The position numbers and the translations under genes were made by a program. 50,125 bases of DNA from an uncultured Oscillospiraceae bacterium (lineage in GTDB: Bacteria > Bacillota > Clostridia > Peptostreptococcales > Anaerovoracaceae), in assembly GCA_964425645.1 (NCBI GenBank), contig CAYRNC010000003.1, positions 1-50,125 of the forward strand. The letters are read 5' to 3'. Of the stretch, positions 1 to 9,034 are shown in pieces; within the stretch, counting starts at the first letter, position 1; each line of letters begins with the position of its first letter. A model generated the notes under the pieces. That model was not told the origin of the DNA. It was given only the letters and a program-made list of their open reading frames with translations, and ran no database searches.

Positions 1-149
1 ATAGTTTACAGTTATATATTGTTAGTAAATTCACACTGTCCAGAATCTTCTTTTAAGTCAATAATGAGCCCTGGATATAGCCATTTTATTACGCAAAACA
101 GTTTATATGTGATAGTATTCGTATACACCTACTAAAAAGGGAGTCGCTT

Positions 150-1088
150 ATGAACCCCAGATACAAAATAGGAATGAGAAATGTAAAGACCGCACTTTCC
201 GTGGGAGTTTGTCTGCTATTTTTTCAAATGCTCGGCATAGGCGACGGGTTGCAGGCTTCTATTACGGCGGTCATCTGCATGAAATCTTCTCTGCAAAATT
301 CAATACAAACCGGTACAGAGAGAGTAATCGGCACAGCCATAGGTGCAGCTTTAGGTGTCCTGACTGTTTTAGCAATGAGGGAAGCACCTTACTGGATTTC
401 ATCTGTTACTGTCATTTTTGGCGTCATGCTCATCATTTATCTTTGCAATATTTTAAAAGTGCAGGCAAGCATCATCATCAGCATAGTAGTCTTTTTAATC
501 ATACTGATAGGAAAGGAAGATATGCCTCCGGTTTTTTATGGGCTGATTCGCTTGGCAGAAACCATTTTCGGCATAGCAACTGCCTATATCATAAATCGTT
601 TTATCGTTCTTAAAATTGTGACTGGGAAAAAGAAGAACGATATTGAAGCAGGTAAAATAAAAAAGGCTATGAAAGAAAATTTACCTAAGATTATGGCCTT
701 GTGGCTGCAAGAAAATCTAAAAGCCCATAGTTTTTTAGGAGATATGTATTGGCACAACCGCTATGATGAGGTAAAAGAAAGATACAGAGATTTGAAGGGC
801 ATATTTGTTTGCATGGAAAACAGCGCCGTTTCCGGCTATGTCAGGCTGGTTAATGATATGGTCATAGATGCTTTATATGTACAAAAAGAATACCAGAACA
901 AAGGAATAGGAACTGGATTTTTATGCCTTTGTAAATCTATGAGCCCACATTTATCTGTAAATGTGTATATTCAAAACGAGCAGGCTTTTGAATTCTTTGA
1001 AAAGCATGGCTTTCATGTTTCCGGCAAGATCTGTACTGAAGATAAAAAAACTGATATGTATCTTATGGAATGGTCAACGGAATCCTAG
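150..1088 (+). CDS. Membrane protein: aromatic-acid-exporter-family (UPF0421/FUSC-like) N-terminal domain fused to a C-terminal GNAT acetyltransferase domain
   Basis: 312-aa ORF with AAGGGAG RBS upstream of the ATG. The first ~165 aa are hydrophobic helices opening with a family-typical IGMRNVKTALS motif. The last ~90 aa carry a GNAT core (VQKEYQNKGIGTGFL ... FFEKHGF). Confidence 0.6.
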   Translation: MNPRYKIGMRNVKTALSVGVCLLFFQMLGIGDGLQASITAVICMKSSLQNSIQTGTERVIGTAIGAALGVLTVLAMREAPYWISSVTVIFGVMLIIYLCNILKVQASIIISIVVFLIILIGKEDMPPVFYGLIRLAETIFGIATAYIINRFIVLKIVTGKKKNDIEAGKIKKAMKENLPKIMALWLQENLKAHSFLGDMYWHNRYDEVKERYRDLKGIFVCMENSAVSGYVRLVNDMVIDALYVQKEYQNKGIGTGFLCLCKSMSPHLSVNVYIQNEQAFEFFEKHGFHVSGKICTEDKKTDMYLMEWSTES

Positions 1089-1780
1089 AAAGCCGCCAGG
1101 TAGAACATATACGCCGCAAGAATAATGACTATACCGCCGAGAATAAACCTGATAACTTTGAAAAAATAATGATATTTTCTGCTTTCCGTCCATTTCCGTA
1201 TAATGCCCAAAGAAGTTCCCGTTAAAAGGATAAGGGTGCTGTGGCCTAAAGAGTACAGTAAAAGAAGCAATATTCCTGTACCTATATTCCCGCTTTCAGC
1301 TGCTATGGCAAGAAGCACCACTAAAACAGGCAAAGCACAATGTGAAGCCAAAACCCCTCCAATGGTTCCGCTTAAAAAGGCGCCTGCATAGCCCCTTCCT
1401 ATGCTTTTTTCATAGGAAAAGGCCTCAGGTATGAAATTTTTAATTTCAAGTATTTGCAAAGCCATCAGAACCATCACAATTCCCAAACCTATATACCACC
1501 AAGGGCCAAGATGATGCAAGAACTTTCCCAATAAAGATGCAAACAGGCCTACGACGGCGAATGTAACCGTCATACCAAAAGCGAAGACAAGAGATATTCG
1601 AAAAGCACGCCCCGCACCGCTTCCCCCTGACCCGTTAAGGTATCCCAGAATAAGGGGGATGCCGGTCAGCGAGCAGGGCGTAAAAGATGTAACAACACCA
1701 GCAAGCAAAGCCAGCAAAGGGGCGAACCATTGATTATTCAAAAGCAAAGATGAAAGGATATGAAGCCATTGATCAATCAT
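1085..1780 (-). CDS. ccdA: Cytochrome c biogenesis protein CcdA family (DsbD-type thiol-disulfide transfer membrane protein)
   Basis: 231-aa polytopic membrane ORF with the two conserved membrane-embedded Cys contexts (SFTPCSL and LASHCALPV). Confidence 0.75.
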   Translation of the reverse strand: MIDQWLHILSSLLLNNQWFAPLLALLAGVVTSFTPCSLTGIPLILGYLNGSGGSGAGRAFRISLVFAFGMTVTFAVVGLFASLLGKFLHHLGPWWYIGLGIVMVLMALQILEIKNFIPEAFSYEKSIGRGYAGAFLSGTIGGVLASHCALPVLVVLLAIAAESGNIGTGILLLLLYSLGHSTLILLTGTSLGIIRKWTESRKYHYFFKVIRFILGGIVIILAAYMFYLAAF

Positions 1781-1853
1781 AGCTTTCTCCTAAAGTTATG
1801 CGAACCTTATCTTAAATTAATATGCTTCAGTTTCCTGAATTGTCGTTATTTCT

Positions 1854-1967
1854 CTATTCTTTTCCGATGAGTTTCAGTAAAAGTGTAATCAAAATACCCG
1901 GTTTACCTAGGGATCTTTCGTTCTTACCCAGTTTCTTTGCGATATTTTCAATGCTTTCCGTTTTCAT
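1854..1967 (-). CDS. Hypothetical small protein (37 aa), below the ORF-track cutoff
   Basis: My translation is MKTESIENIAKKLGKNERSLGKPGILITLLLKLIGKE. GGAGG (complement of 1981-1985) lies 13 nt upstream of the ATG. It sits between the LtaS-family gene and ccdA on the same strand. I recognise no family. Confidence 0.25.
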   Translation of the reverse strand: MKTESIENIAKKLGKNERSLGKPGILITLLLKLIGKE

Positions 1968-2106
1968 TGAGATTCAAAACCTCCTCAAGACAACAATCTG
2001 TCAGTTTTTAAATTTGTTTATCTCCGCTGCTATTGAATCTCCAACTCTGCAACATAGTGTGCGAAATCGAAAAGCCTCTTTCGAAACAACCTATTGCCCG
2101 TTTTCT

Positions 2107-4128
2107 TCATTCTACATCGTATAGAGTCGATAACACCGTCTTATTTTTTCCTACCTGGCTGATGCTGAAATCTTTTGGATTTCCGCTTTTTATGGCAGTA
2201 GGAATTTTTAAAGTTTTAGGGTTGATAAATACCGTATCCAAGTAATCTCCGCCAACCGCTACCTTGCTGTAAGGGGTAAAGTTCTCTCCCACTACATAGG
2301 TGCTATCACCGAAATTGAAAATTTTATCTACGCGAATATCACGAACCCCCATCTTCAAATCTGTTGGGTGGAAAGGATTCGAACCCCCAAAGGCATAGTT
2401 GGCCCCATATAGCATATCGTACTGCAGCGTTTCCAGGTTGTCCAGATATTTTTCGTCACCTTTTTTAGTCTGATGATACCAAGCAAAAATACCGTTATGT
2501 ACACCTAAATGCTCCAGCACTTTCGAATACAGTTGATATGCAGCTAAATTTTCATCGATCTTTTTGAGATTGAAATTGGACCAAATCAGGTATTCTGTTT
2601 CATAAATGGATCCGTTAGCCATCCTTTGCTCGGATAGATTTAAAACCGGCAGATGGTCACCGTAAAACACCACAACTGTTTTTTCGTCAAATTTGTCCAA
2701 AGCTTCTGTAAGGTCGCCAATAAATTCATCCATTTCGTACATCTGCTGTACATAATATTCAATAGCATTTTGCTCTGCTTCATCATCAGCCCCATTGACA
2801 ACCTTAACGTCTAAGTTTTCGTCCGGTATAACCTTATTTTCAGGATATTTCCCATGCCCCTGAACCGAAACGGCAAACACAAAATCCCTTTCTTCAGTAG
2901 AGGTAAGGGCAGCCATTATTTCACCTGTAAGAATACTATCTTTTGCCCAGTTCTTAGGGGTCTTTTTTACTTTATTCATATATTCTACTGATGTGAACGT
3001 ATCAAAACCTAAATTTGCAAAGATCTCATTGCGCCCGTAAAACGCTCCCCGGTGATTATGAATTGCATGGGCCGTGTAACCGGATTTACGTAAAACGGTG
3101 TTAATGCTTTCGCAGGTTTTGCTTCGAAGTATGGTTTTATAAGGGTATTCCCCAGGGCCGAAGGACATTATCCGCATACCGGTAAGGATTTCAAACTCTG
3201 TATTTGCCGTTCCCGCCCCTACCGCAGGAACCCTCAAATAACCCGTGCTGTATTTTTCCTTCAAACCGTGAAAGTTAGGAATGGGATCCGCTGAATATTC
3301 AAGCCCCTTGATCAGGGTAGGATCTATAAACGATTCCAACTGTACAAACACAATGTTTGGTTTATTTTTTAGTTCCTCTCCTACAGTAAGGATAACAGGA
3401 ATGGAAGCATTCGCCTCCTCAAGTCCCATAGGTATACCGTCTTTTAATATGTCAAGAATCAATTCTTCAGAATAGTTTACCGGAACGGGAATTCCCTTGT
3501 TCAGCCAAGTAGAAAGAAAACAGTACGGGACTCCGTAATCCTTGTAAGCATACCCTAGGTTATTGAAATATGAGGACAACCACCGATTGTTGATCCCTAT
3601 ATTGGTAAGACTGAAAAAAAGTACGGTGATTACCAAAATGAGCATGATGTTCCACTTATAATGCATTTTACCCTTTCGTTTTGGGGCAAAAAAGAAAGCA
3701 ACGACGAAAAGGGCTATTCCGAAAATCAAACTAAAACCTGTCAAAAGCATCTGGGATGTAGTCATATAGTTTGGCAGAATAGAAATCCCGTTCTCAAGCA
3801 AAGTAAGGTCCGATACGGTAAATGGTGTCATGCGAAAAGAAAGAATAACACCATTTGTAATGCCAAGTGCAAGCCAAAGTGAGGATATCAAAACATACAT
3901 AAATATCCTGCGCCGAATAAGCAAGGAAACGGAAAGGGTGAGAAATATTAAAAAAATATTATAGAAAAAGGCCTTCGGATTAGCCATAAGAAATTCAAAT
4001 CCCCCGAGGACCCTGCCTCTACCCAGACCTTCAATAATTAAGTTTAGCAGCACTGCTATCATCAGCGAAGCGAAAACGGCATTACCAAACAATTTCTTAA
4101 ACAATTCTTTCTCTTTTATATATTCCAT
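2107..4128 (-). CDS. LTA synthase family protein (membrane-anchored sulfatase-domain phosphoglycerol transferase)
   Basis: N-terminal TM helices followed by an extracellular sulfatase-type domain (FVQLESF, GTANTEFEILTG, HNHRG, VVFYGDHLP). I moved the start to the ATG at 4128 (MEYIKEKE). The longer tracked ORF (to 4272) would overlap the rsmA 3' end by 125 nt. Confidence 0.8.
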   Translation of the reverse strand: MEYIKEKELFKKLFGNAVFASLMIAVLLNLIIEGLGRGRVLGGFEFLMANPKAFFYNIFLIFLTLSVSLLIRRRIFMYVLISSLWLALGITNGVILSFRMTPFTVSDLTLLENGISILPNYMTTSQMLLTGFSLIFGIALFVVAFFFAPKRKGKMHYKWNIMLILVITVLFFSLTNIGINNRWLSSYFNNLGYAYKDYGVPYCFLSTWLNKGIPVPVNYSEELILDILKDGIPMGLEEANASIPVILTVGEELKNKPNIVFVQLESFIDPTLIKGLEYSADPIPNFHGLKEKYSTGYLRVPAVGAGTANTEFEILTGMRIMSFGPGEYPYKTILRSKTCESINTVLRKSGYTAHAIHNHRGAFYGRNEIFANLGFDTFTSVEYMNKVKKTPKNWAKDSILTGEIMAALTSTEERDFVFAVSVQGHGKYPENKVIPDENLDVKVVNGADDEAEQNAIEYYVQQMYEMDEFIGDLTEALDKFDEKTVVVFYGDHLPVLNLSEQRMANGSIYETEYLIWSNFNLKKIDENLAAYQLYSKVLEHLGVHNGIFAWYHQTKKGDEKYLDNLETLQYDMLYGANYAFGGSNPFHPTDLKMGVRDIRVDKIFNFGDSTYVVGENFTPYSKVAVGGDYLDTVFINPKTLKIPTAIKSGNPKDFSISQVGKNKTVLSTLYDVE

Positions 4129-4147
4129 TTTCCTATCTGGATCCTTC

Positions 4148-5029
4148 CTATCCCTGCCGCTTCTTAATTTCATTGGCCAACCTTGCAAATTCGTGAATCC
4201 CCAAAGTCTCCGCCCGCCTTTTTGGATCAATTCCTGCCGAAAACAGTACTTTACTAACCCCGTCTTTGTCAAGGCGTCCCATAGAAGAAAGGCTGTTTAA
4301 CAGGGTTTTTCTTCTTTGTCCGAAGCCTGCCCTTACTACCTCAAAGAAAATATTTTCATCCGACAGTTCCACCGCCTTTTTCTTGCGGACATCCAACTTT
4401 AACACTGTGGAATTGACTTTAGGTACAGGCCAAAATACTTCCTTGGATACCTGGAGCACCCGATTCACGGTACAATAATATTGCACCGATACAGACAAAG
4501 CCCCGTATTCTTTAGTTTGCGGCAATGCGAGAATGCGGTCGGCGACCTCCTTTTGCATCATCACCGTAATGCTGTCCAAGAGTTCCCAAGCGCATTCAAG
4601 AAGCATCATCAATATCGCAGTGGTAATATAGTAAGGCAAATTTCCTAAAACTTTTACACCGTCAAAGGACATACCGCTTTTTGCTTCTGCGGTGCGAATC
4701 ACATCATGAAGGTCGATCTTCATAATGTCTCCGTGAACGATCCGTATATTTGTAAAAGGCGCTAAAGTTTCAGAAAGTATTGGAATTAGACTGCGGTCAA
4801 TTTCCACTGCGGTGACAAATGCGGCCTTCGCCGCAGCCTCTGCAGTCAAGGCACCTATACCCGGGCCTATTTCTATTACAAGATCACCTTTATTAATTCC
4901 TGCACTATCGACGATTCTTTCAAGTATATTTCCATCTATAAGAAAATTCTGCCCCAAGCTTTTTGAAGGTTTGAAATTATATTTGTTTCTGATCTTTTGA
5001 AGAGTTTTGGGCGTATATAGCTTCTCCAT
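4148..5029 (-). CDS. rsmA: 16S rRNA (adenine1518/1519-N6)-dimethyltransferase
   Basis: Canonical KsgA N-terminus (PSKSLGQNFL) and SAM-binding motif (VIEIGPGIGALT). Typical rnmV-rsmA synteny. Confidence 0.95.
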   Translation of the reverse strand: MEKLYTPKTLQKIRNKYNFKPSKSLGQNFLIDGNILERIVDSAGINKGDLVIEIGPGIGALTAEAAAKAAFVTAVEIDRSLIPILSETLAPFTNIRIVHGDIMKIDLHDVIRTAEAKSGMSFDGVKVLGNLPYYITTAILMMLLECAWELLDSITVMMQKEVADRILALPQTKEYGALSVSVQYYCTVNRVLQVSKEVFWPVPKVNSTVLKLDVRKKKAVELSDENIFFEVVRAGFGQRRKTLLNSLSSMGRLDKDGVSKVLFSAGIDPKRRAETLGIHEFARLANEIKKRQG

Positions 5030-5552
5030 GCATATAGAACTCCTCTCTTGTTATGCCGTAAGCATTCAGCCGATGCAGGAAGGTTTTTGCATTGCCGTAG
5101 CCGATTCCTAAAGAAAAGCCGAGCCTGGATCTACGTTCCTTGGATCCGTTTCCTCCCTCAAGATTAAAGTATGCCAAATCCTTAGCCGTAAATATATCTT
5201 CCTGATCCTTTACATTGTACCTGGCTTTACCAAGTGCCTGCCTTATGCTCTCCGGCGAAGCATTTTCAACGCCTATATCACCATCCTTTTTTGCTTCATT
5301 GCAGGTAAGATAAGCCTGTAAAGCCAGCGGACAACGTTTATTTATGCGCCTTCTTATCAATTCTCCCGCATTGTCGGGATCTGTAAAAACTATTATCCCC
5401 GGCCCCTGATCAGCCCTGTCGATTCGGGCCCAGGTTTCCTTACAAATCCCATATCCGTTAGTGATTATCACCTCAGCATTTACTGCATCACGAACGGCCC
5501 TCTCATCTTCACGGCCCTCCACAACTATTACTTCTTTAATCTTTTTCATCAT
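4977..5552 (-). CDS. rnmV: Ribonuclease M5 (Toprim domain, 5S rRNA maturase)
   Basis: VIVVEGREDERAV Toprim glutamate motif and FTDPDNAGE. Lies immediately upstream of rsmA, as in Bacillus. Its 3' end overlaps the rsmA start by 53 nt. Confidence 0.9.
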   Translation of the reverse strand: MMKKIKEVIVVEGREDERAVRDAVNAEVIITNGYGICKETWARIDRADQGPGIIVFTDPDNAGELIRRRINKRCPLALQAYLTCNEAKKDGDIGVENASPESIRQALGKARYNVKDQEDIFTAKDLAYFNLEGGNGSKERRSRLGFSLGIGYGNAKTFLHRLNAYGITREEFYMHGEAIYAQNSSKDQKQI

Positions 5553-5910
5553 TATCCGTTTCTTTCGTAAGCACGTAAAGAACCTCGCCTGGAAATATCA
5601 TCATCAGTTCCCTGGCCTGTTGCTCCACATATTGATTACTGTCTACGTGTGATAAAGTATCAGACAGCCTGTCCCTTTCTTGAATTAGTTCATTTAAACT
5701 GTGTTTAGCGTTCGCCTCGGAAAACTTTAAAGAAATGAGGCCGAACACGGAGGCTCCGATGATGACGGCAAGCGTAAGAAAGACAGCAGTGTAAACTGCT
5801 TTTCTCCTGAAAGCTTTTACGGATTTCCGATTTTGCCTCCTGGCATCGCGGACCGCTTCCATATCTATGATTTGATTGCTGTCCCGGTCCCGGCTCTTTC
5901 GCTTTCGCAT
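5536..5910 (-). CDS. divIC: Septum formation initiator family protein (DivIC/FtsB-like)
   Basis: Basic cytoplasmic N-terminus, a single TM helix (VYTAVFLTLAVIIGASVFGLI), then a coiled coil and a C-terminal YVEQQARELMMIFPGEV motif. yabP-yabQ-divIC synteny. Confidence 0.7.
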   Translation of the reverse strand: MRKRKSRDRDSNQIIDMEAVRDARRQNRKSVKAFRRKAVYTAVFLTLAVIIGASVFGLISLKFSEANAKHSLNELIQERDRLSDTLSHVDSNQYVEQQARELMMIFPGEVLYVLTKETDNDEKD

Positions 5911-5922
5911 GATCCTCCATCC

Positions 5923-6216
5923 TTAATTGCGTTCCCTTAATTGTAAACGTGAAATATTATACCATACCCCCGCGCCCAGAGTAAAGCCTGCCACAGAATG
6001 AACGCTGATAGCTCCAAAACAGCAGTAATAAAGACTTGAAGAGACCAGAATGGCGCAAAGAAGCCAAAAAAGCATTTCCTGAATAAAGGTTATAATTTTC
6101 CCGGTTTTATACCTGTCTTGTAGAAAATTGTATAGCTGTCTTAACAGGACAATCATGATACCGCTAAAAAACATAACTATAAAATTAAAGGCCTGGCCTG
6201 CTGTTAATGAGATCAT
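5923..6216 (-). CDS. yabQ: Spore cortex biosynthesis protein YabQ-like small membrane protein
   Basis: 97-aa protein with about 3 TM helices, translationally coupled (4-nt overlap) to yabP. The call rests mainly on conserved yabP-yabQ-divIC order. Confidence 0.6.
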   Translation of the reverse strand: MISLTAGQAFNFIVMFFSGIMIVLLRQLYNFLQDRYKTGKIITFIQEMLFWLLCAILVSSSLYYCCFGAISVHSVAGFTLGAGVWYNISRLQLRERN

Positions 6217-6467
6217 TTCAACATCTTCTTAAAAAATCCGCCCTCTGACTTTTCCCGTTTTTCTGTATAAACTGCTGAATTGACAGAACCGTTTATAATG
6301 ACCTTCCCTTCCCCCAGATCAAGCTTTTGAATATGCATATCCTGTCCCTTCAGTACAAGTCCTCCCTCGTTTATCAATAAAACAATGCTTTCTTCATTGA
6401 AGCTGTTTACATCCTTTACATCTGTTACCGTTATCTGCTTTCGATCTTCCACAATGAGACTATGCAT
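6213..6467 (-). CDS. yabP: Sporulation protein YabP
   Basis: Start moved to the ATG at 6467 (MHSLIVEDRKQITVTDV), preceded by AGGAGGAG. The sequence pattern (ITVTDVKDVNSFNEE ... LKGQDMHIQKLDL ... INGSV) matches the YabP family. Confidence 0.75.
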   Translation of the reverse strand: MHSLIVEDRKQITVTDVKDVNSFNEESIVLLINEGGLVLKGQDMHIQKLDLGEGKVIINGSVNSAVYTEKREKSEGGFFKKMLK

Positions 6468-6509
6468 GGCAACTCCTCCTTGCCTATGCTTATGCGCTAA
6501 ACAGTGCAT

Positions 6510-8324
6510 TTATTCAATATTCTGCTGTCCTCTCACCTGTATCATTGGAAGAATAACGGCGGCATCAGTGCCTTTTCCCGCCTTGCTTTTAACCGTAATT
6601 CTGCCCCCATGCTCTTTAACTATCTGCTCTGCAATGGATAATCCCAACCCGGTTCCCCCCATCTCTCTCGATCTTGCCTTGTCTATTCGATAAAACCTTT
6701 CAAATATGCGGGGAATCTCCTTTTCCGACATACCGATCCCATGATCAGTTACGGTAATCACCGCCTCTTTACCATCCTTTTTAGCATCGATCCTTATAAC
6801 GCCCCCTACGGAAGAATATTTTATTGCGTTGCTTAAAATATTTAAGAAGACCTGCTCTATACCATCCTTGTCAATCATGGCAGGAAATCTTTCTGCCTCG
6901 TCATATAGATGCACCAGCTTTTGTTCTTTTTGAGCCGCAGTCATCTCTATCTTTGTAATAGCTGATTTTAGAACGCTGATTAAATTAGTTTCTTTTTTGA
7001 ACCAGTTTTCTTGCCTGTAGTCCAGCCTCGACAGCTGAAGCAGTTCCCGTACAAGTCGGCTCATGCGGTCTGCCTCCGCGTCTACCACACTTAAAAAACC
7101 CCTAATAGTATCGCAATCGTTTATATCCTGTTCCAAAAGGGTTTCCGTATAGCTTTTAATGGTTGTAAGGGGGGTTTTTAGCTCGTGGGATACGTTGGCT
7201 ACAAAATCTCTTTGCATATTATCAAGTTTTTGTTGCTCTGTAATATCCTGAAGAAGCATTATTATTCCAATATCCTCATCGTCCTCATTTTTGAATCGAT
7301 CATAACGGACGGAAAAAGTCCTTCCGCCGTATTCAAAAGTATCATGGGCGCCTCCTTTGCTGCAATTTTCCGTAATTTTTTCAAAAAGTAGTTTATCGCT
7401 GAACCTATTTATTATTTCATCGTAACCCTTATGTTCTATATCCCCCTTTGATAAAGAAAGCATCACCGAGGCTGCAGGATTGGCTAAAATTACTTTGCGG
7501 CTCATATCTATTGCCAACAACCCGTCTGCCATATATTTTAATATCGTCTCCAGCTTCCTTTTTTCGTTTGACATCTCTGACAAGGTAAAATCAAGTTTTT
7601 CTCGAAGAAGGTTAAACATATCCGCAAGGCGGCCGATCTCATCCTGGGATTTAGCAAAGATTTTTTGACTGAAATCACCCCGCGACATGCTTTCTGCCTT
7701 TTCCGTCAGTTCATTTATCGGTATTGTGATACTACGGGCAATAAAAAAGCCCAGCGCAACGGTGATCAATAAGGCTACAAGCATCGCCCTGATAAAGATC
7801 AGCTTGGACTGGTCCTGCATTTCAAATACGCTTGAAGTGTCTGCCCTAAGACAAACAACCCCGGTCACAGTTTCCCCATCTTTAAGGGGAAAAACCATAT
7901 TTTTTACCGGTATCCCCGCAGGCAGAACATCGTCGGCTTCAGCAATTTCACCCGACAAGCCTTTAACCAGAATCCTCTGTCCCAAAAGATCCAACCCGCT
8001 TTTCCCGATATAGTTCAGATTGCTTGAAGCGATTATTATGAACTCGTCATTTACCACGAAAAGTTCCTCTCTCAAGCTTTCTGACCATGCCAGTATATCC
8101 GTTTGAATCTCTTCCCGGTATTTGCCGAGATCCTCAAATTCTTGAAGAGTGAGGATGTTTTCATTTACAATCTTGGTAAAATTGCTCCGTATGGACTCCA
8201 TCTGATAGGATTTTAATTCGCTCATGATGAAGACACCGGTTATGGTCATAGCTATGAATACCAGAAGAAAGTAGATCAGCACAATTCTCCATCTTATGCT
8301 GTTCCAGCTTTTTTTGACATTCAT
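6510..8324 (-). CDS. walK: Cell-wall-homeostasis sensor histidine kinase WalK (YycG/VicK)
   Basis: 604 aa. The N-terminus SIRWRIVLIYFLLVFIAMTITGVFI closely resembles the B. subtilis WalK TM1 region. It has an extracytoplasmic loop, HAMP, PAS, the H-box SHELKTPLT and an HATPase domain (GGTGLGLSI). Lies directly downstream of walR. Confidence 0.85.
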   Translation of the reverse strand: MNVKKSWNSIRWRIVLIYFLLVFIAMTITGVFIMSELKSYQMESIRSNFTKIVNENILTLQEFEDLGKYREEIQTDILAWSESLREELFVVNDEFIIIASSNLNYIGKSGLDLLGQRILVKGLSGEIAEADDVLPAGIPVKNMVFPLKDGETVTGVVCLRADTSSVFEMQDQSKLIFIRAMLVALLITVALGFFIARSITIPINELTEKAESMSRGDFSQKIFAKSQDEIGRLADMFNLLREKLDFTLSEMSNEKRKLETILKYMADGLLAIDMSRKVILANPAASVMLSLSKGDIEHKGYDEIINRFSDKLLFEKITENCSKGGAHDTFEYGGRTFSVRYDRFKNEDDEDIGIIMLLQDITEQQKLDNMQRDFVANVSHELKTPLTTIKSYTETLLEQDINDCDTIRGFLSVVDAEADRMSRLVRELLQLSRLDYRQENWFKKETNLISVLKSAITKIEMTAAQKEQKLVHLYDEAERFPAMIDKDGIEQVFLNILSNAIKYSSVGGVIRIDAKKDGKEAVITVTDHGIGMSEKEIPRIFERFYRIDKARSREMGGTGLGLSIAEQIVKEHGGRITVKSKAGKGTDAAVILPMIQVRGQQNIE

Positions 8325-8327
8325 ATA

Positions 8328-9023
8328 TCACGGCCTCCTGAAGTAGTAGCCGATTCCCCGCTTGGTCATTATGAACGCAGGATTACTGGAGTCATCCTCC
8401 AGCTTCTCTCTCAGCCTTCTAACCGTCACGTCAACCGTCCGGATGTCACCATAATATTCATAGCCCCAGACCTCTTCAAGAAGTTGTTCTCTCGAAAACA
8501 CCCTGTTTTCCCGACCCGCCAAATATCTGAGGAGTTCAAACTCCCTTAAGGTAAGGTCCAATACCTTATCATCTTTACGCACCTCATAACGATTCATATC
8601 GATAGCAAGGTTTCCGAAAACCTGCACATCGGCGGGAACATCCTTCAGGTTTGCAGAAAGATCTACCCTTCGTATATTCGCTTTTATTCTGGCAATCAAT
8701 TCCCTCATGCTGAAAGGCTTTGTGATGTAATCGTCCGCACCCAGTTCAAGGCCGAGAATCTTATCTACTTCTTCTTCCTTGGCAGTAAGCATTATAATCG
8801 GTACACTGCTTGTCTCCCTAACCTTTTTACACACCTGAAATCCATCTATTTCAGGTAGCATCACATCCAAAAGAATGAGATCCGGCTTATCGGAAAGAGC
8901 CTTTTCAAGTCCTGTCCTCCCGTTATAAGCTGCATCAATTTCAAAGCCTTCTTTATTAAGATTAAACTCTATTATATCTGAGATCGATTTCTCATCTTCT
9001 ATTATCAGTATTTTCCTGCCCAT
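8328..9023 (-). CDS. walR: OmpR-family response regulator WalR (YycF/VicR)
   Basis: 231 aa with high motif identity to WalR (ILIIEDEK.I.DI.EFNL.KEG, DLILLDVMLP, PIIMLTAK, LGADDYITKPFS.REL.AR.KAN.RR). Confidence 0.9.
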   Translation of the reverse strand: MGRKILIIEDEKSISDIIEFNLNKEGFEIDAAYNGRTGLEKALSDKPDLILLDVMLPEIDGFQVCKKVRETSSVPIIMLTAKEEEVDKILGLELGADDYITKPFSMRELIARIKANIRRVDLSANLKDVPADVQVFGNLAIDMNRYEVRKDDKVLDLTLREFELLRYLAGRENRVFSREQLLEEVWGYEYYGDIRTVDVTVRRLREKLEDDSSNPAFIMTKRGIGYYFRRP

Positions 9024-9034
9024 AACAGCCTCCT

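Noticed and set aside
2050-2075. A hairpin after the LtaS-family gene (TCGAAA-gaggct-TTTCGA) as a terminator.
   Set aside because: The stem is a short 6-bp AT-rich one with a poor T-tract, which is not convincing.
4129-4272. A 48-codon N-terminal extension of the LtaS-family ORF (MTKTGLVKYCF...).
   Set aside because: It would overlap the 3' end of rsmA by 125 nt, and its sequence is not membrane-protein-like. The internal ATG at 4128 begins the expected cytoplasmic/TM N-terminus.
5705-5920. An alternative-frame 71-aa ORF overlapping divIC, and the 134-aa ORF at 209-613 overlapping the first gene.
   Set aside because: These are same-strand out-of-frame overlaps with better-supported ORFs. 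Their compositions (Arg/His/Ser-rich) are typical of off-frame translation.
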